Shown: positions 36,401 through 48,432 of the stretch, piece after piece | How positions within the stretch are numbered: the first letter of the stretch is position 1 | Layout of the letters: the number at the start of each line of letters is the position of its first letter | Source: Hydrurus foetidus | Taxonomy: Eukaryota | Direction of reading: 5' to 3' | Length of the DNA: 64,000 nucleotides | Assembly: GCA_900617105.1 (NCBI GenBank) | Contig: UYFQ01000018.1 | Coordinates: forward strand, 1-64,000 | Program-made: the position numbers and the translations under genes | The notes under the pieces: model-generated | The model's input: only the letters and a program-made list of their open reading frames with translations | What the model was told of the DNA's origin: nothing | Databases searched by the model: none

Positions 36401-37148
36401 GAACAGTTCACGGATACGTACCCCCCGGCTCCAAGGAAGAAAGAAAAATCCCTCTGGAGATATCTTTGAAGGTTTGTGGAATGCATTTTTTACTATTTTT
36501 CAGCCCTATTTTCTTCTCACATTTGGTATTCTTTGTTTTCTGTACATTTTTTCTTTTTCAAGTCCTCTTCTACCTTGCTCTCTCGCTCTTGATCGTATTC
36601 TTCATTATCTCACGAATATTAACCCGTATTTTCTCTTTCTTAATTCTCTTGAATCCTCACCATCTCCCTTGATCTTTTTCTCTATCTTCTTGTATCTCCC
36701 TCTCTCTTCCTCACACAATCTCAATGTCTCTTTCTCCATCGCTCGTTATCAAACCCCTCCATCACTCTTTTTTGTTCTCCTTCCCTACCAGACGGACTCT
36801 GAACTGCTATACGGAATGTCTTCAGAAGATGACGGCAGAGGATCAGCAGCCACTACTTTACAATTTCAAAGTTACGGTGCGCTAGGAATGGCAAGAGAAG
36901 AATTTGCAGCAGATTCCGCCTCTACACAATTCTTCTGGCTTCTCTTTGAATCCGATTTGACGCCTGCCGGTAGAAATTTATTGGACGGAAGATATGCCTT
37001 ATTTGGGTATACTTTAGATGGAGCAGATTTATTAAAGGACGTGAAAGAGGGAGATATTATAGCGTCTGCTAAGGTTACAAGAGGTCTGGAGAATCTGATA
37101 AGAGGCACTCCTTCTTCCGTAGCATCAGTTGCTGTCACGGATTTATAA
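33487..37148 (+). CDS. CYP38: Thylakoid-lumen cyclophilin CYP38/TLP40-like; 7 exons (33487-33772, 33974-34182, 34442-34496, 35111-35260, 35970-36121, 36328-36471, 36792-37148)
   Basis: DAESLLRYGLPI, IDGYNAPLTGGNFVDLI, RADGFVVQMGD, RKIPLEI, YGALGMAREEF...SASTQFFWLLFESDLTP...LDGRYALFGY. The N-terminus has a signal peptide (MSLFLVALLIAA...ASSY), a transit peptide and a lumen signal ending QANA. Confidence 0.92.
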
Positions 37149-38140
37149 TATTGAAATTAACATTGAAGTAATTAAATTCACTGAATGACGCACTAATTCT
37201 TTGCATTATTCGGACCATTCACTATTTAAATACTCAAATTTTATTTTCTGAAAAAAATTAATAAATGGTACTGATGAACTACACATTTTAATTTCGATTA
37301 AAACGGATCTACTCGATATAGTCAGTCAATCACTCTGTTCCACTCAATCTTATTCTATTTTTCGTCGTCGAAATGAAACATCAATTTTCTTCATATTAAA
37401 GTTGTAAAATAAAAAACTAGTGTATGATCAATTCAGTTGATTAATTTAAAGAAATAAAAAGAAAAAGATTGATATTAAACTTTAAATCCGTCAAGCAATT
37501 TAGTCGATATCCCGGTATTAATATTTATATATAAGTTAGATAAGATAGTTCACATCAGAAAGATCATGAGTGAAACGTATCTCTTGCTTTTCCACTCTTT
37601 CTGGCCGTCTATCAGACATCTATCAGGAAAGTTGTGTGGAAACATCATTTCTTCTTCAAAGTGGAGCACAATCACCATGCCGTGATTAATCATGTTTATC
37701 GTATCATATCGAATCAAAGAACGGACTCGTATGACACAACGTACTTACAGTCAGACGGACAGACTTCCGTGCTCAATGAAACGGCCAACTGGTTAAGAAG
37801 TCAGAGTAGTAGTCAAGAGAAGGAGAAGTGTAATGGAGAAGTGTAACGAGTAACATGCCATGTCGCATCGCATCTAGTCTCCTCCATCCATGCGCACAAA
37901 CCATTAGAAATAGAATACAAGTAGCGATATCGATAGCGCCTATCAATCAGTAGAAACGGTAGAGAGGGATGCACGGTCATAACGAAATTCAAGAAAAATC
38001 AGTGATCCTGCTTCATTTGCGCTTTCGGCAAGACAGCACAACTGACTCCACTTCATCACATAGAATCCAAAAATGAAGTACTCGATTCCAATCTTTTCTC
38101 TCCTCCTTTCCCTCTTGTTTTCTTCCTTGCTCCTTGTTCT

Positions 38141-40414
38141 TTAAAAGTAGTCATCTTCCTTCGACCAAGCATGTTCCTTGTGCGCAGCCTAAGTAATAGA
38201 AAAATGGATATTGAACTCTAGAAGGTGACGATCGCATTCAACATAAACGCCTTTGTACACACTCTCACAAACGCATTCATTCTCTCTCATACAGACACAG
38301 ACACACAATCTCTCTCACATATACATCAACCCCACACCCACTCCTTCACACTTCCGTACGTACCTTGGACCCGGCCCCTCTGGCCGTAACCTCCTTGGAG
38401 TCGGCCGTCATAGTCACGGCTTTCATGTCTCCGCTCAGTCCCTCTACTCCCTTCTGATCCGCGTGTAAGTGCACACCATTTGACTTCGCTCCAATTGCGC
38501 TACTTGCAGTTGAAGTTACTTTGGCCGCTTTTGATCCCTATGGGGTGAGAAATAGTAAATAAATAAAATAGTTCTTATTTGAGAGAAAAATGATATAAAT
38601 AGATTCATTATTACCTGTTAAAATATAGGGGAAATTTTCCTTATTTGACAGAAATTGCTTGTCATATGAAATCGTGCGTACGTACCTTAGATTGAAATTT
38701 TTCTTCGTAGCTTTTCTTCGATTGAGCAGCATCTTCCTTTAAGTACTGTAATACCAAATATTCAAATATCAGACTGGACATATGTAACATTATAAAATAT
38801 GGTGAAGACATATCAGACACTTTTTGTGAGATATTGTGGTTACAATGTACTTCAGCCGTTATGAAGATCACGTCACTCGGAGCTTCACAATTTGAAAGAC
38901 ATGCATCATCGCCGCATTGAAGCAGTGCCAAAATGTTGCTATAACGTACTGCAAAGGTTTAGCGCTAACGAAAAAAAGTCAATTGTAGACGGAGACACTT
39001 GTCACGCACACTACAAGGCAACGTAGGTACAGTACAATTGTACTGGCATACAACGTACAGAACATTGAGAACGTTACCTTATATGAGGCTTTATTATGCA
39101 TAATAAGTACGCCATTCACGAAGTAAAAACTGTCCGATTTCGTTTCGAATGGGCTGTCGATCATTTCATTAACTATGAGGAAAGAATAATACAAATTAAT
39201 AAGATAAGAGTAAACAATATGAAATGGTATAGGTAAGGTTATCTAGCACATGAATATGATGAGATGCTTGCATAGGTACACATGTGCTGATCAGCTATGC
39301 GGCATTCTATGGGTTGAACAGAGTTCTCTTAACATTGGCATTTACATCCAACTAATTATTCAGAAAGTCAGAAGATGTGGCAGGTGCAGTAAAGAACGTT
39401 CCTTCAGAATGTTCCCAAGAAAGGAAATTCCACTTAGAATGCGATAAATGTTGTATGATGGTGTACAGAATGAACATACGTACTTAATTTTTCGCTCATG
39501 GCTGGTAGACTGTAAACCGTATCCCACGTATTAACGGAACCGGGAATGCAGAATCCAAATTCGAAATCGAAACTCTTAATAAGCTGTAAAGATAGGAACA
39601 GTGATAGGAATAAACGAAAGAAAGGATCAGAAGGATTGCTACGAAATAGTAATGCAGAAAAATGTTGTCAAGATTGTGAGAGCTGATGAGTGGGCTAATT
39701 GAACGGAGTTTAACAAATTAACTGCTCGATCAGAGGACAGAACTATCTGCAAATCATATTATCAGCCACCAGAAAATAAATATTCATCTGTACCTGATCT
39801 CTAAAATAATGTCTCTCAATCATTCTAAATTCGCGGAGTTCGCGAGGGCCTACGGCAAATGTTAACCTGGTATCATAAATTGGTGATACCATTAGTTATA
39901 TATTTTCTGAGAATTTCGATAATTGTTAGGATGCACTCCTGGAATGCAAGAATCTTTAACTGGAGGCTATATCAGATAGCAGAATTAGAATGACATCACC
40001 GATTCAGCGATAATCCTAACAGAGCTGTGTAGTAATGCGTTATCAGCAAACTTACGATGTCTGAATATAGGGCAACCTCAAAACGTCCTCACTAAAATCA
40101 TACTTAATTTTGCGGTACATATCTTCACCGATGCTTGAGAAATCAACGGAGACATCCTGTGGTGTCGGGTTATCACGACCAACTTCAAATATTGTTTTTT
40201 TAGTTTCGTAGTCACTTATTGTGAAGGACAAAAAGTCGATCCCGAACGAATTCGCCGATAGAGGGCAAAGAAAACCTGCATGCAAAAGAGACAATCAGAT
40301 CGATTGCATAATCTCTGAAGGTTGGGATCAGTCGAATACGCACTGCTTATTTTATGTACCATCTGTCGGCCGCACTAACTTGTTCACTTCATCAGGAGTC
40401 ACGGAGGCAGCCAT
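38141..40414 (-). CDS. UNC119: UNC119 family lipid-binding ciliary trafficking chaperone with a C-terminal extension; 8 exons (40414-40360, 40275-40056, 39866-39794, 39583-39484, 39172-39078, 38745-38686, 38537-38364, 38188-38141)
   Basis: [53 protein letters not shown] and [28 protein letters not shown]. All introns are GT..AG. Confidence 0.93.
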
Positions 40415-41672
40415 AGCAATAAGATTCACGTTGTGACCCTCAAAATTTGCACGTAAGCATGAACTGAGAGTCTTCGACAATATCTCAATGTAGACCTTGG
40501 TTTTGGAAAGCTTTCTAGATTTGAATTCAGTTGATAAAGTCAAGTCGGCGAAGTAATCTAGCATTGAGCGAACGTCTCACTATGGTCGACATCATTGGGC
40601 AAATCCGAACGAGAAAATACGAAAAAATATGAAACGACGATTTTTTTATTTCAACGTGCGTATTTCACATGAAACGGCTTGTTACAGCCTACGAAGGGGG
40701 TACTTTTGCACCTTGTCAACTCTTGACTCCAAGATTCAAAGTGAAGGTGCGAATGCAAGTTCTTGGTTCTTACCATCACTTTTTTTTAATTAATTAATAG
40801 CTCATTCAATATCGCGATTCAAGCAAAAGTAAGTAAGCCAATCGAATTCTACTGGATTTTCCTACAAGGAGCATATCTTTGCAGTATAAAAATTAAAAAA
40901 CTCTGTTGGAGACGCCGTAGAATGTCGTTATTTTATCATTCAGCATTTTGAAACCGAAAATCGTCATTTTGGTTGACACCCGAAAACCGGTTTCCAGGAA
41001 TCTTCGTCCGCAACTCTCTGGCGGAACTATATGTTCTCCACTCTACCAGATTCTATTGAACAATACAGGTCAGTCAATTCTCCATGGCCAGACTTCTCTG
41101 GCAGCACAATGGTTCTCTCTGCTGATGTTGTACTTTGTGGAATTTTTCTATGGGAATTTCCGTCCATGATTGCCTCTTTTTCACTGAGCACTTCTGCAAA
41201 GCCAAGATGAAGTTTTGTAGCTCTAATAACTTCTCTTCTCTGCCTCCGCAGGTGTCCAATTTATGCTGGATCATCGCCGGTATCATGGACAGCATGAATT
41301 TGGCGTCAATTCTCTGTTCCGAGGTGTTGTTAAATTCATTTGGAATCGTATGCGTCTCATTTTTTCACCACAAATTTTGCGACCATTATGCTTTCAACCA
41401 TAATTGCAACCTGTTTCGATCAATCGTTTTCAGTCCCTGATATGCTGGAGCCCGTGCTAATGTTTTATGATATTCAAATTTGTGCTGATTGATGTTGCTG
41501 CCATTTATCGCTACGACATTTTCTGATGTAGCCGCTTGACCACCATTATTTTTCACTGAATCTCAATCGATTTGCCCTTCAACTCGAGAATCATTCATCT
41601 AACAGTACCATTTATTCTCTCTTTATAAATGCGTCTGTCTTTGGATTGCTGCTGGTGATATCGTCAATAGTC

Positions 41673-42004
41673 GGCGAGCGATAGATGCACTAACAATTAG
41701 CATCGATCGCTCGTCATCGAGGGCAGGACAAAATGTAGAAGCGGAGCATTCCGACTGCGGTATCACGTTCCGACTGCGGTATCATGTTCTGGTATAAGTA
41801 TTCATACTTTGAAATGCATAGACATACTTCTTTATTTCAGTTGGAAATTAACTTTAACAATCGATTCCAAATGTTAAGGGTATTTCTTTTTGCCTTACTT
41901 CAAGTTGCATCCTGCGAACCATTACCGCGGATCAAAAGCTTCAAGTAAAGAGGGTGGCGAGCGATAGATGCACAACCGATAAGCATCGATCGCTCGCCGG
42001 CTAG
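41673..42004. repeat. Two copies of a 43-nt GC-rich hairpin (41673-41715 and 41956-41998); the second is followed by CTAG
   Basis: ggcgagcgatagatgc-N11-gcatcgatcgctcg(t/c)c occurs twice, with stems conserved and loops divergent. Confidence 0.8.
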
Positions 42005-42179
42005 TAGTAGTAAAAATTAATTAATAGGAAATTAAAAAAATAAAAGATATTACATCAATAAAAATTCTTTTTTTTAGGTCCACAAAATTTCATTGCAGAA
42101 TAGGTATCATGAAAAGGTTATAAAGATAGTATGGGTCGAAGTATGAACATTTTTGTAGCCTAAAGATGGTTAAAAAAGA

Positions 42180-43070
42180 GTGAGATCAGTGCATTTTCAT
42201 GTCTGTAGATAATGTAGGCTTCCCGTTGATGACCTCAGTTAAAACATTAGCCTCTGTGATGAGGTCTATTAACTCTTCACCAATTGACTTTTCTAGTGTT
42301 GTTACATTTTAAAAGTAAGACAGAGAAGATCGGAGCTTTTTTAATTTTGTCTTGCTTCTTTCGTCGATCAACTCACGTGCGGATGATTTTGTGTCATTGG
42401 ACGGTGTATTGAGAGGAGTGACAGACAATTTTGCAGGAGAATTCAATCTTAGTGCTAGGGGAGGATCAGCATCAAGCAACTTTTTCGCATGAAGAAGGAG
42501 GGTTGCTGACAACGTTTTCACATTACTTATCAGTTTATTTTTACTTGTTAATAATAGAGGGCTACTGGACATGAACTTAATCATGAAATCGTACTTAAAC
42601 TTCTTATCTCCCTTACTTATTGTGCTGTCTGAAGCTTGCCTTTTGTCGAATTCGAAGCGCCCTGGAAATGCATGGGATAGCGCTATCCTAAAAGACCTAT
42701 TCATTAGCCCTAATTTTAATCAATCGATTTCAGCATATAGCGTTGAGCTATTACCGAATTGAAGTCCTTGAAGGTATTCGCCGATGTACGTCGCAGAGTA
42801 GAAGCAGGCGTTGCTTCGCGGGACAAACCTCTCCACCATTACGGCGAGTGAATCAGTAGCAGCTGCTAAAACAACGTCAGAAAAGTTGCTCCCACCGTTT
42901 CCTAACATCTCAGCTTCAATCTGCCAAGTTTTTATTGCAGAAACTTGAACAACTCACTAGGTACAATGATTTGAGCGAATGATAACTCTGCCAAGAGGTC
43001 TCAACTTTTCTGTGGTTGCAAGAGCCAACCAAATATCAGCTCTTTCCACGTTCGTCAAAGATAAAAAGTT
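42180..43070 (-). pseudogene. Degenerate ~300-codon reading frame of unknown family
   Basis: ORFs 42720-42908 and 42309-42704 and their flanks share one frame, broken only by isolated stops near 42957, 42954, 42720 and 42309. Confidence 0.5.
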
Positions 43071-43368
43071 GACGATAAACTTAACTTTAGTTAAGTTACA
43101 CAGACCAAAAATGCAATTTTAGAAAGTTTGGCTGATTTACATTTGACGTTAGTCGTCTTGTATTCCAGCTACTAGGCTCCACTTGAAGCGTGCGAGAGAT
43201 ATTACTCATGTCGATGCTGTTTAAGCTCTGTTTTGTCGTTTATAACAATTCAGTTTTTGAGGATTGCTGAGGGTCCCAAAGGGGTGGTAAGAACCAAGAA
43301 GTTATTATGATTAACGTGCGTAAAAATGATATCCAGTCAGTGAGTGTCATGAAGTTGCACTACCCGAG

Positions 43369-43647
43369 TTCTATTCCGCTCTCAGAGGTGAGTCCCTTTA
43401 GGGGGAGACATCCCAGTGCGACCACTCTGCGCTCCCCCCTGTGCTCTCCGTTGCACCCTGATGCTCAGCTCAAACGACACATGATGGAACTAAATGCAAT
43501 GTTATCTTACATAATGGGTGCGCCTGCGCGCCTGGGCTCGCCCATCCGCCCTCCCCTGCTGTTCTTACTTCCGAACCAAGCTGGGGTACGTGGGGCGGAC
43601 CTTGGGTCAGAGTTCCCTTCACCAACTGGCACGCAAGTGGTCAGATA
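43369..43647 (-). repeat. Split direct repeat B2 (element 3' end)
   Basis: Copy of 44035-44313. Confidence 0.95.
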
Positions 43648-43705
43648 ACATTACACGGCATCTTATACTATCACCATAAAAACGTAGGATTGGTTGGCCA
43701 CGGGG

Positions 43706-44034
43706 TAATAAAATGCGTTGCACTAGATAGCTAAGGTTAATCAAATGATTATGTGATAACACTCTCAACGAAGCGTGTCGACTACGAGCATGCACCCTAA
43801 ATTAATAATTCGAAAAAGGGCTAAATAATTATTCGAAAAGGTTTAATGATACTGCAACAATTAGGGGGACTTGTTCCCGCTGCGTGTCAATCCAACGCTG
43901 TCATCGTCATCGTCCCCCGTCCCGTCCCTCGGTATCTCCCCCTCCGCCGCCGTCCCTATGGGGACCGGCACCGGTCAGCGGCCTTAGCTCCTAGCTGCTC
44001 CAGAGAACCCATACTACCGTCCGGTATCCTTTAA
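43706..44034 (-). repeat. Split direct repeat A2
   Basis: Copy of 50060-50385; directly abuts B1. Confidence 0.95.
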
Positions 44035-44313
44035 TTCTATTCCGCTCTCAGAGGTAAATCCCTTTACGGGGAGACATCCCAGTGCGACCTCTCTGCGCTC
44101 CCCCCTGTGCTCTCCGTTGCACCCTGATGCTCAGCTCAAACGACACATGATGGAAATAAATGCAATGTTATCTTACATAATGGGTGCGCCTGCGCGCCTG
44201 GGCTCGCCCATCCGCCCTCCCCTGCTGTTCTTACTTCCGAACCAAGCTGGGGTACGTGGGGCGGACCTTGGGTCAGAGTTCCCTTCACCAACTGGCACGC
44301 AAGTGGTCAGATA
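44035..44313 (-). repeat. Split direct repeat B1
   Basis: 279-bp copy of 43369-43647 with a few substitutions; begins immediately after the YR stop codon. Confidence 0.95.
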
Positions 44314-45569
44314 TCACCCCATCTTAGGCTCTGACCTGGCCTGGACCCCTCGACGGGTCTGCTCCTTACCCCTCGAATCTCCTCGCGGGGGTATCAGCCT
44401 TCTCACGTCTTCAATCGTGGGCTTGTGTCCACCAACCAAACAGTTGGAAGCGAGTGGGCCAATCCCCGTGCCATAGTCGTACGTGACGTTCATCACTTGG
44501 GAGTTCGGGGCGTAGTTCCCCCTGTCCCTCCGGTCGTCCTCCGAGGCACCCAGGGAGCGCATCTCGGTGATCGCCCCTTTCCTTAGGGAATGTGCACTGA
44601 AATAGCTAGGGTCGAGACCGTTCTCCTCGCACGCCCTCTTGAGTGCATCCCGAACATCCCTGGACCGCAGCTTTACCCGAGACCCCCCTTCGCAGCGGAA
44701 GCTAAACAACTCGTCCGTCCCCGTGCTTCCACTGTGCACTATGAAGTCCATAAGATTGTCGAGGAATTCGCTCTCCTCTATCGATCGGCGACCGATGATC
44801 TTTGGCTTGACCAGTTTCTTCCCCTTGGCCGTGACTGCGAGGGCCCTGCACTCTTCTACATTCGGTCGAACGTCCGTACCGTGCACCGTGTCGACCCCGG
44901 CAAGCTCACTGCCTCGGAGACTCCTGGTGCCGCTGGGTAACACGGCTATGAATGTGAGATCATCCACGCGGATGCAGTGGTCGACCCCTCCTGGCTCGGG
45001 GTGGTGTATTCCGACACCCGTGCTCCCATCTCGAAGGCCCACATGCACCCGATGTACGTCATCCGGTCCCGCATGTCTGTGCCTATCCATCCGCGTCCGG
45101 TCCACATCCTTGCCTTCATGCCAACCAGAATGCTCTCACAGACCGGCAGCTTAACGCTTGCCGCTGTCCCTCTATCCCTCCTCTCCCGGAGCTCCTCAGG
45201 CTTGAGCTTGCACGCCACCCTCGCCGTCGCGATCATGGGTGAGTTCAGGAAGTCTGCCGATAGTCCTTGCTGCGAGAACCGCATACGGAGAGCTGCAGTG
45301 AAGAAGGTTGCCTGCTTGTCCCGCAAGCCCTGCTCGTGTCTCCTCAGCATCATGATCCCGACTAGGGACGCCTTCTCCTCCTCCCCCGCGCAGCTCAAGA
45401 ACGGGTCGTCCTCATCCACCTCGCTCTTGAGGAATGAGGTCCACAACTCCCAGCACTTGTCGTATACACGGTTAGTGTTAGGTAACACCGACTTCCCGAT
45501 GAACCTGGCCAGCTCCTGACGACTCTGGGCCGACACCAGTCCCCCGACTCCTGTGCAAGCAACATTCAA
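44314..45569 (-). pseudogene. Tyrosine recombinase with an N-terminal binding domain; one frameshift near 45000
   Basis: T.RVY...W..W..F at the N-terminus, catalytic GARVSEY and HSLRKGA, then RGNY....MNVTY. Confidence 0.9.
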
Positions 45570-45792
45570 AACGAAATGGTTACGAACGCCGACTACGCGG
45601 GGTGGGGTAAGAATGGGGCTGATGGATTCACTAGGGCAGTAGGGTGCAAGCTGGACTCGGACTGATGGCGCTCCTTTCGTTCTGGGGATCAGGTGAGAGG
45701 GTCACTCACGGAGCCCGATCGATGGCCACTCTTGATGGGGTAAGGCGCTGACCGCTGGTGACGGTTGATATCACCGCAGGGAACAGTCAACG

Positions 45793-48007
45793 CTACTCAT
45801 AGCCTGAAACGCTCACCGCTGCCGACTGTAGGTGTCGCCTCAGGAAGGAGTCGATGGCGTTCCTCGCTGCAGACCAAAAGCTTATGAACTCTTCCTCAGA
45901 GTGCAGTTCGTATCTGGGATCACATAGCTTAAGTAGGTCAACGATATCCTTATCGCCGTCAATCTCGACGACGTCCACTCCCCACACTCCCATCGCTTCC
46001 GCCTCCTCGAGGATTGACATGGTGGGAGCGCGGCCCCTTCTTGAGAGCCGGTCGCAATTTTTGTTCTCCGCACCAGCGATGTGCGTGACTTCTTTAACGT
46101 CCACACCAGCTGCGATACAAAGCAGTGAAAAAACCATTGCGGCCTTTGTCACCCTCTCTCCTCTTGGCCTCTCCGTTATGGCCCATGTCAGTGCCGTAAC
46201 ACTGTCGCCCCTAAGGGCCACGCTCCTCCCCCGGTACCCTAGGGCAATTTGCCCTAGTATGGCTAAAATAGCACCCAGGAACTCCGATAAGTTCTGGAAC
46301 GAGGAGTCTTCACCGAAACCGAGAAAAAGGAGGTCAGCGGCGCCGACACCCACTGCCACCTCTGCGCCGCTATCTCTGCTATACCAAATGAGGCCGGCTC
46401 CACTCAGCGATGAGTCGAACTCAGCCACTATCGTTGGTGTCTCTGGCGTGAACGACGCGATTGTGCGGGTGAACTCAATTTTTCTGTGCCGGACCAGACA
46501 CAGCATGGCCCGCCAACACTGGATGGCCACGATCGCCTCTGCAGACAGGTTGAACAGCGCGTGAGGGTCCGTGCGACCCCAAGTCAACCGATAGAGGGCG
46601 CTGCAGAAGGGGCGTATCACCCGGCATATTTTGCCGTACCGCGTGCTCGAGGATGCGAGGCGTTACGCAGTCCATAAATTAACCCGTGCCGTGGTGTCCG
46701 CCCTAAGAAAACCGTTGAGTGCTGTTAAGAAATTCTTCTTACTTATCAGCACTCTACCGGTATCTAAGTCTATGACATAGCCTATAACATCAAGGCGCCG
46801 ACTAACTTCAGTCTTGTCATCCGCAACTGCGCAGGATCTGAGTAGGGTAGTGCATATGGCCCTCGTCAGCGCGAGGTCGGCGGCAATATCCTTCTTAAAT
46901 CCGACCCCGATGATGTCGTCCACATACATCACTGTGCGGCTCTGAGAGCGTGAACGGAGCTCCCATGCGATCGCTCGCGTGACCACCTGGAAGGCTGCGG
47001 GCGTACCGGCCCAACCGAAGATGCCGGCGATCTGGAGGTAGACGAGGTCGCCCGTAAGGAGCATCCCAAACAGCCCGACATGCTCTGCTCTGAAGGAGAG
47101 GAGCGTGTACGCTCCCTTGAGGTCCATCTTCCATAGTTGTAGGTCCTCTTGCCGGAGCGTGGGGTCGCGTGCTGATGCTCTCTTCCAAAATTGGTCGACC
47201 ATCACGGCTATGTCTTCTATTGTCGGGTGGGTGATGGGGCCGTAATATACAGTGGCGGCGTCGGCGGTGGCGTCCGTGTTAAGCGGAGTCCCGTCCACAT
47301 TGCTCAAGTCCCCCAGGGGGCGCCCTGAAGCCTTGCCTTTCTTGGTCGTTCAGTGCGCTTTGCACAGGTGGAGATTCGGAATGTACGCTTGAGCTAAATC
47401 CAAAGGGCCGCTGCTCTATTATTGCGCCTAACATCTTGTTGACGGCGCTCAACACTGCCTCGTAAGATGCACGCAGCGGTGAGCGAGGTTGATGCCCGTT
47501 GGGGATGAAGCCTTCGGGTATCGCTACCCTCATCCCTTCAGCTAGATCAGCCATCAGTACCAGCTCGGGGTTGTCCGGGCTGAGTGATGCCACGCTGGTG
47601 CGGCTCAGACGGTCCTTCGATAGGATCTTCAGCCGCCGTTCGACCATGCTCTGGAAGTCCAACTGAGCGGCCTGCAGACGACGGACGTCGCTGTCCACGA
47701 TCTCAGATGAGAACGCATAACCGTTCGCCCACTCGTTTGCTGCCGCAACGCCGAAATCGCTTCGCGCGGCCTCCACCGCCTCCGCTATCAACTCCTCGAT
47801 CCCAGCTTTGCTCGTGGGGGCACCACTGGGGAAACACGCTCTGATCCACGCACCGATCGTAGGGGCCGATTCGCTGAAAGCGACCCCGTTGCTCTTCTCC
47901 ACGCCACGTGTAACTTCCGGTCTCGACTCGCGCTGGGTCGGACTCGGTGCCTTACTATGCCTCTTCACGACTACGTAGAATAATGAGGTGGATAGGTGAG
48001 TATCCAT
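45793..48007 (-). pseudogene. Reverse transcriptase - RNase H (pol), disrupted
   Basis: RT motifs KKGK..GRPLGDLS, KMDLKGAY, FGWAGTPAAF, MYVDDII, VIGYVID. RNase H motifs FDSSLSGAG, QNLSEF, GDSVTAL, HIAGAENKNCDRLSR. Frameshift near 47405 and in-frame stops near 47351 (TGA) and 46663 (TAA). Confidence 0.92.
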
Positions 48008-48432
48008 GTACTGCGGATAAAACTACAGGCATCGCAGGGCACTCAGGTGCGTCTGCTGACTGCCGGATGCTACGGTCGCATGATAAACACAGCCCAGAAC
48101 ACGGGTATCATGCGACGATTGGCATCATTCATTCCACATGCGGAGGGTCCAGACACCTCTGGATCCCCGTTTTCGCAGATCGTAAATACACGACCGCATG
48201 CGTCAGTGTTAACGTAAGGCAGACAACAACCAGTTCCACTGCCTACTCTCGGCAACGGCCCCAATAACAGTCGAGGGGGAGGGGCCGCTGACACAGCAAC
48301 GTCATGAGTACTCATTGTCAACACGCAGACAGATGAGCGCATGACGAGCTGTCGATCAATAGATCGACCCGAGTACAACAGCTGCGATCATCAAAACAAA
48401 CCTGTGTTGATAGGCGGCACCGCTTCCAGAAG

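Noticed and set aside
43307..44476. Duplicated plus-strand ORFs (HPDAQLKRHMME..., MILQQLG...)
   Set aside because: Antisense translations of the split direct repeats.
42180..47400. RIP-like C-to-T mutation as the cause of the premature stops
   Set aside because: The few stops are compatible with transitions but are too few to distinguish from ordinary decay without a consensus.
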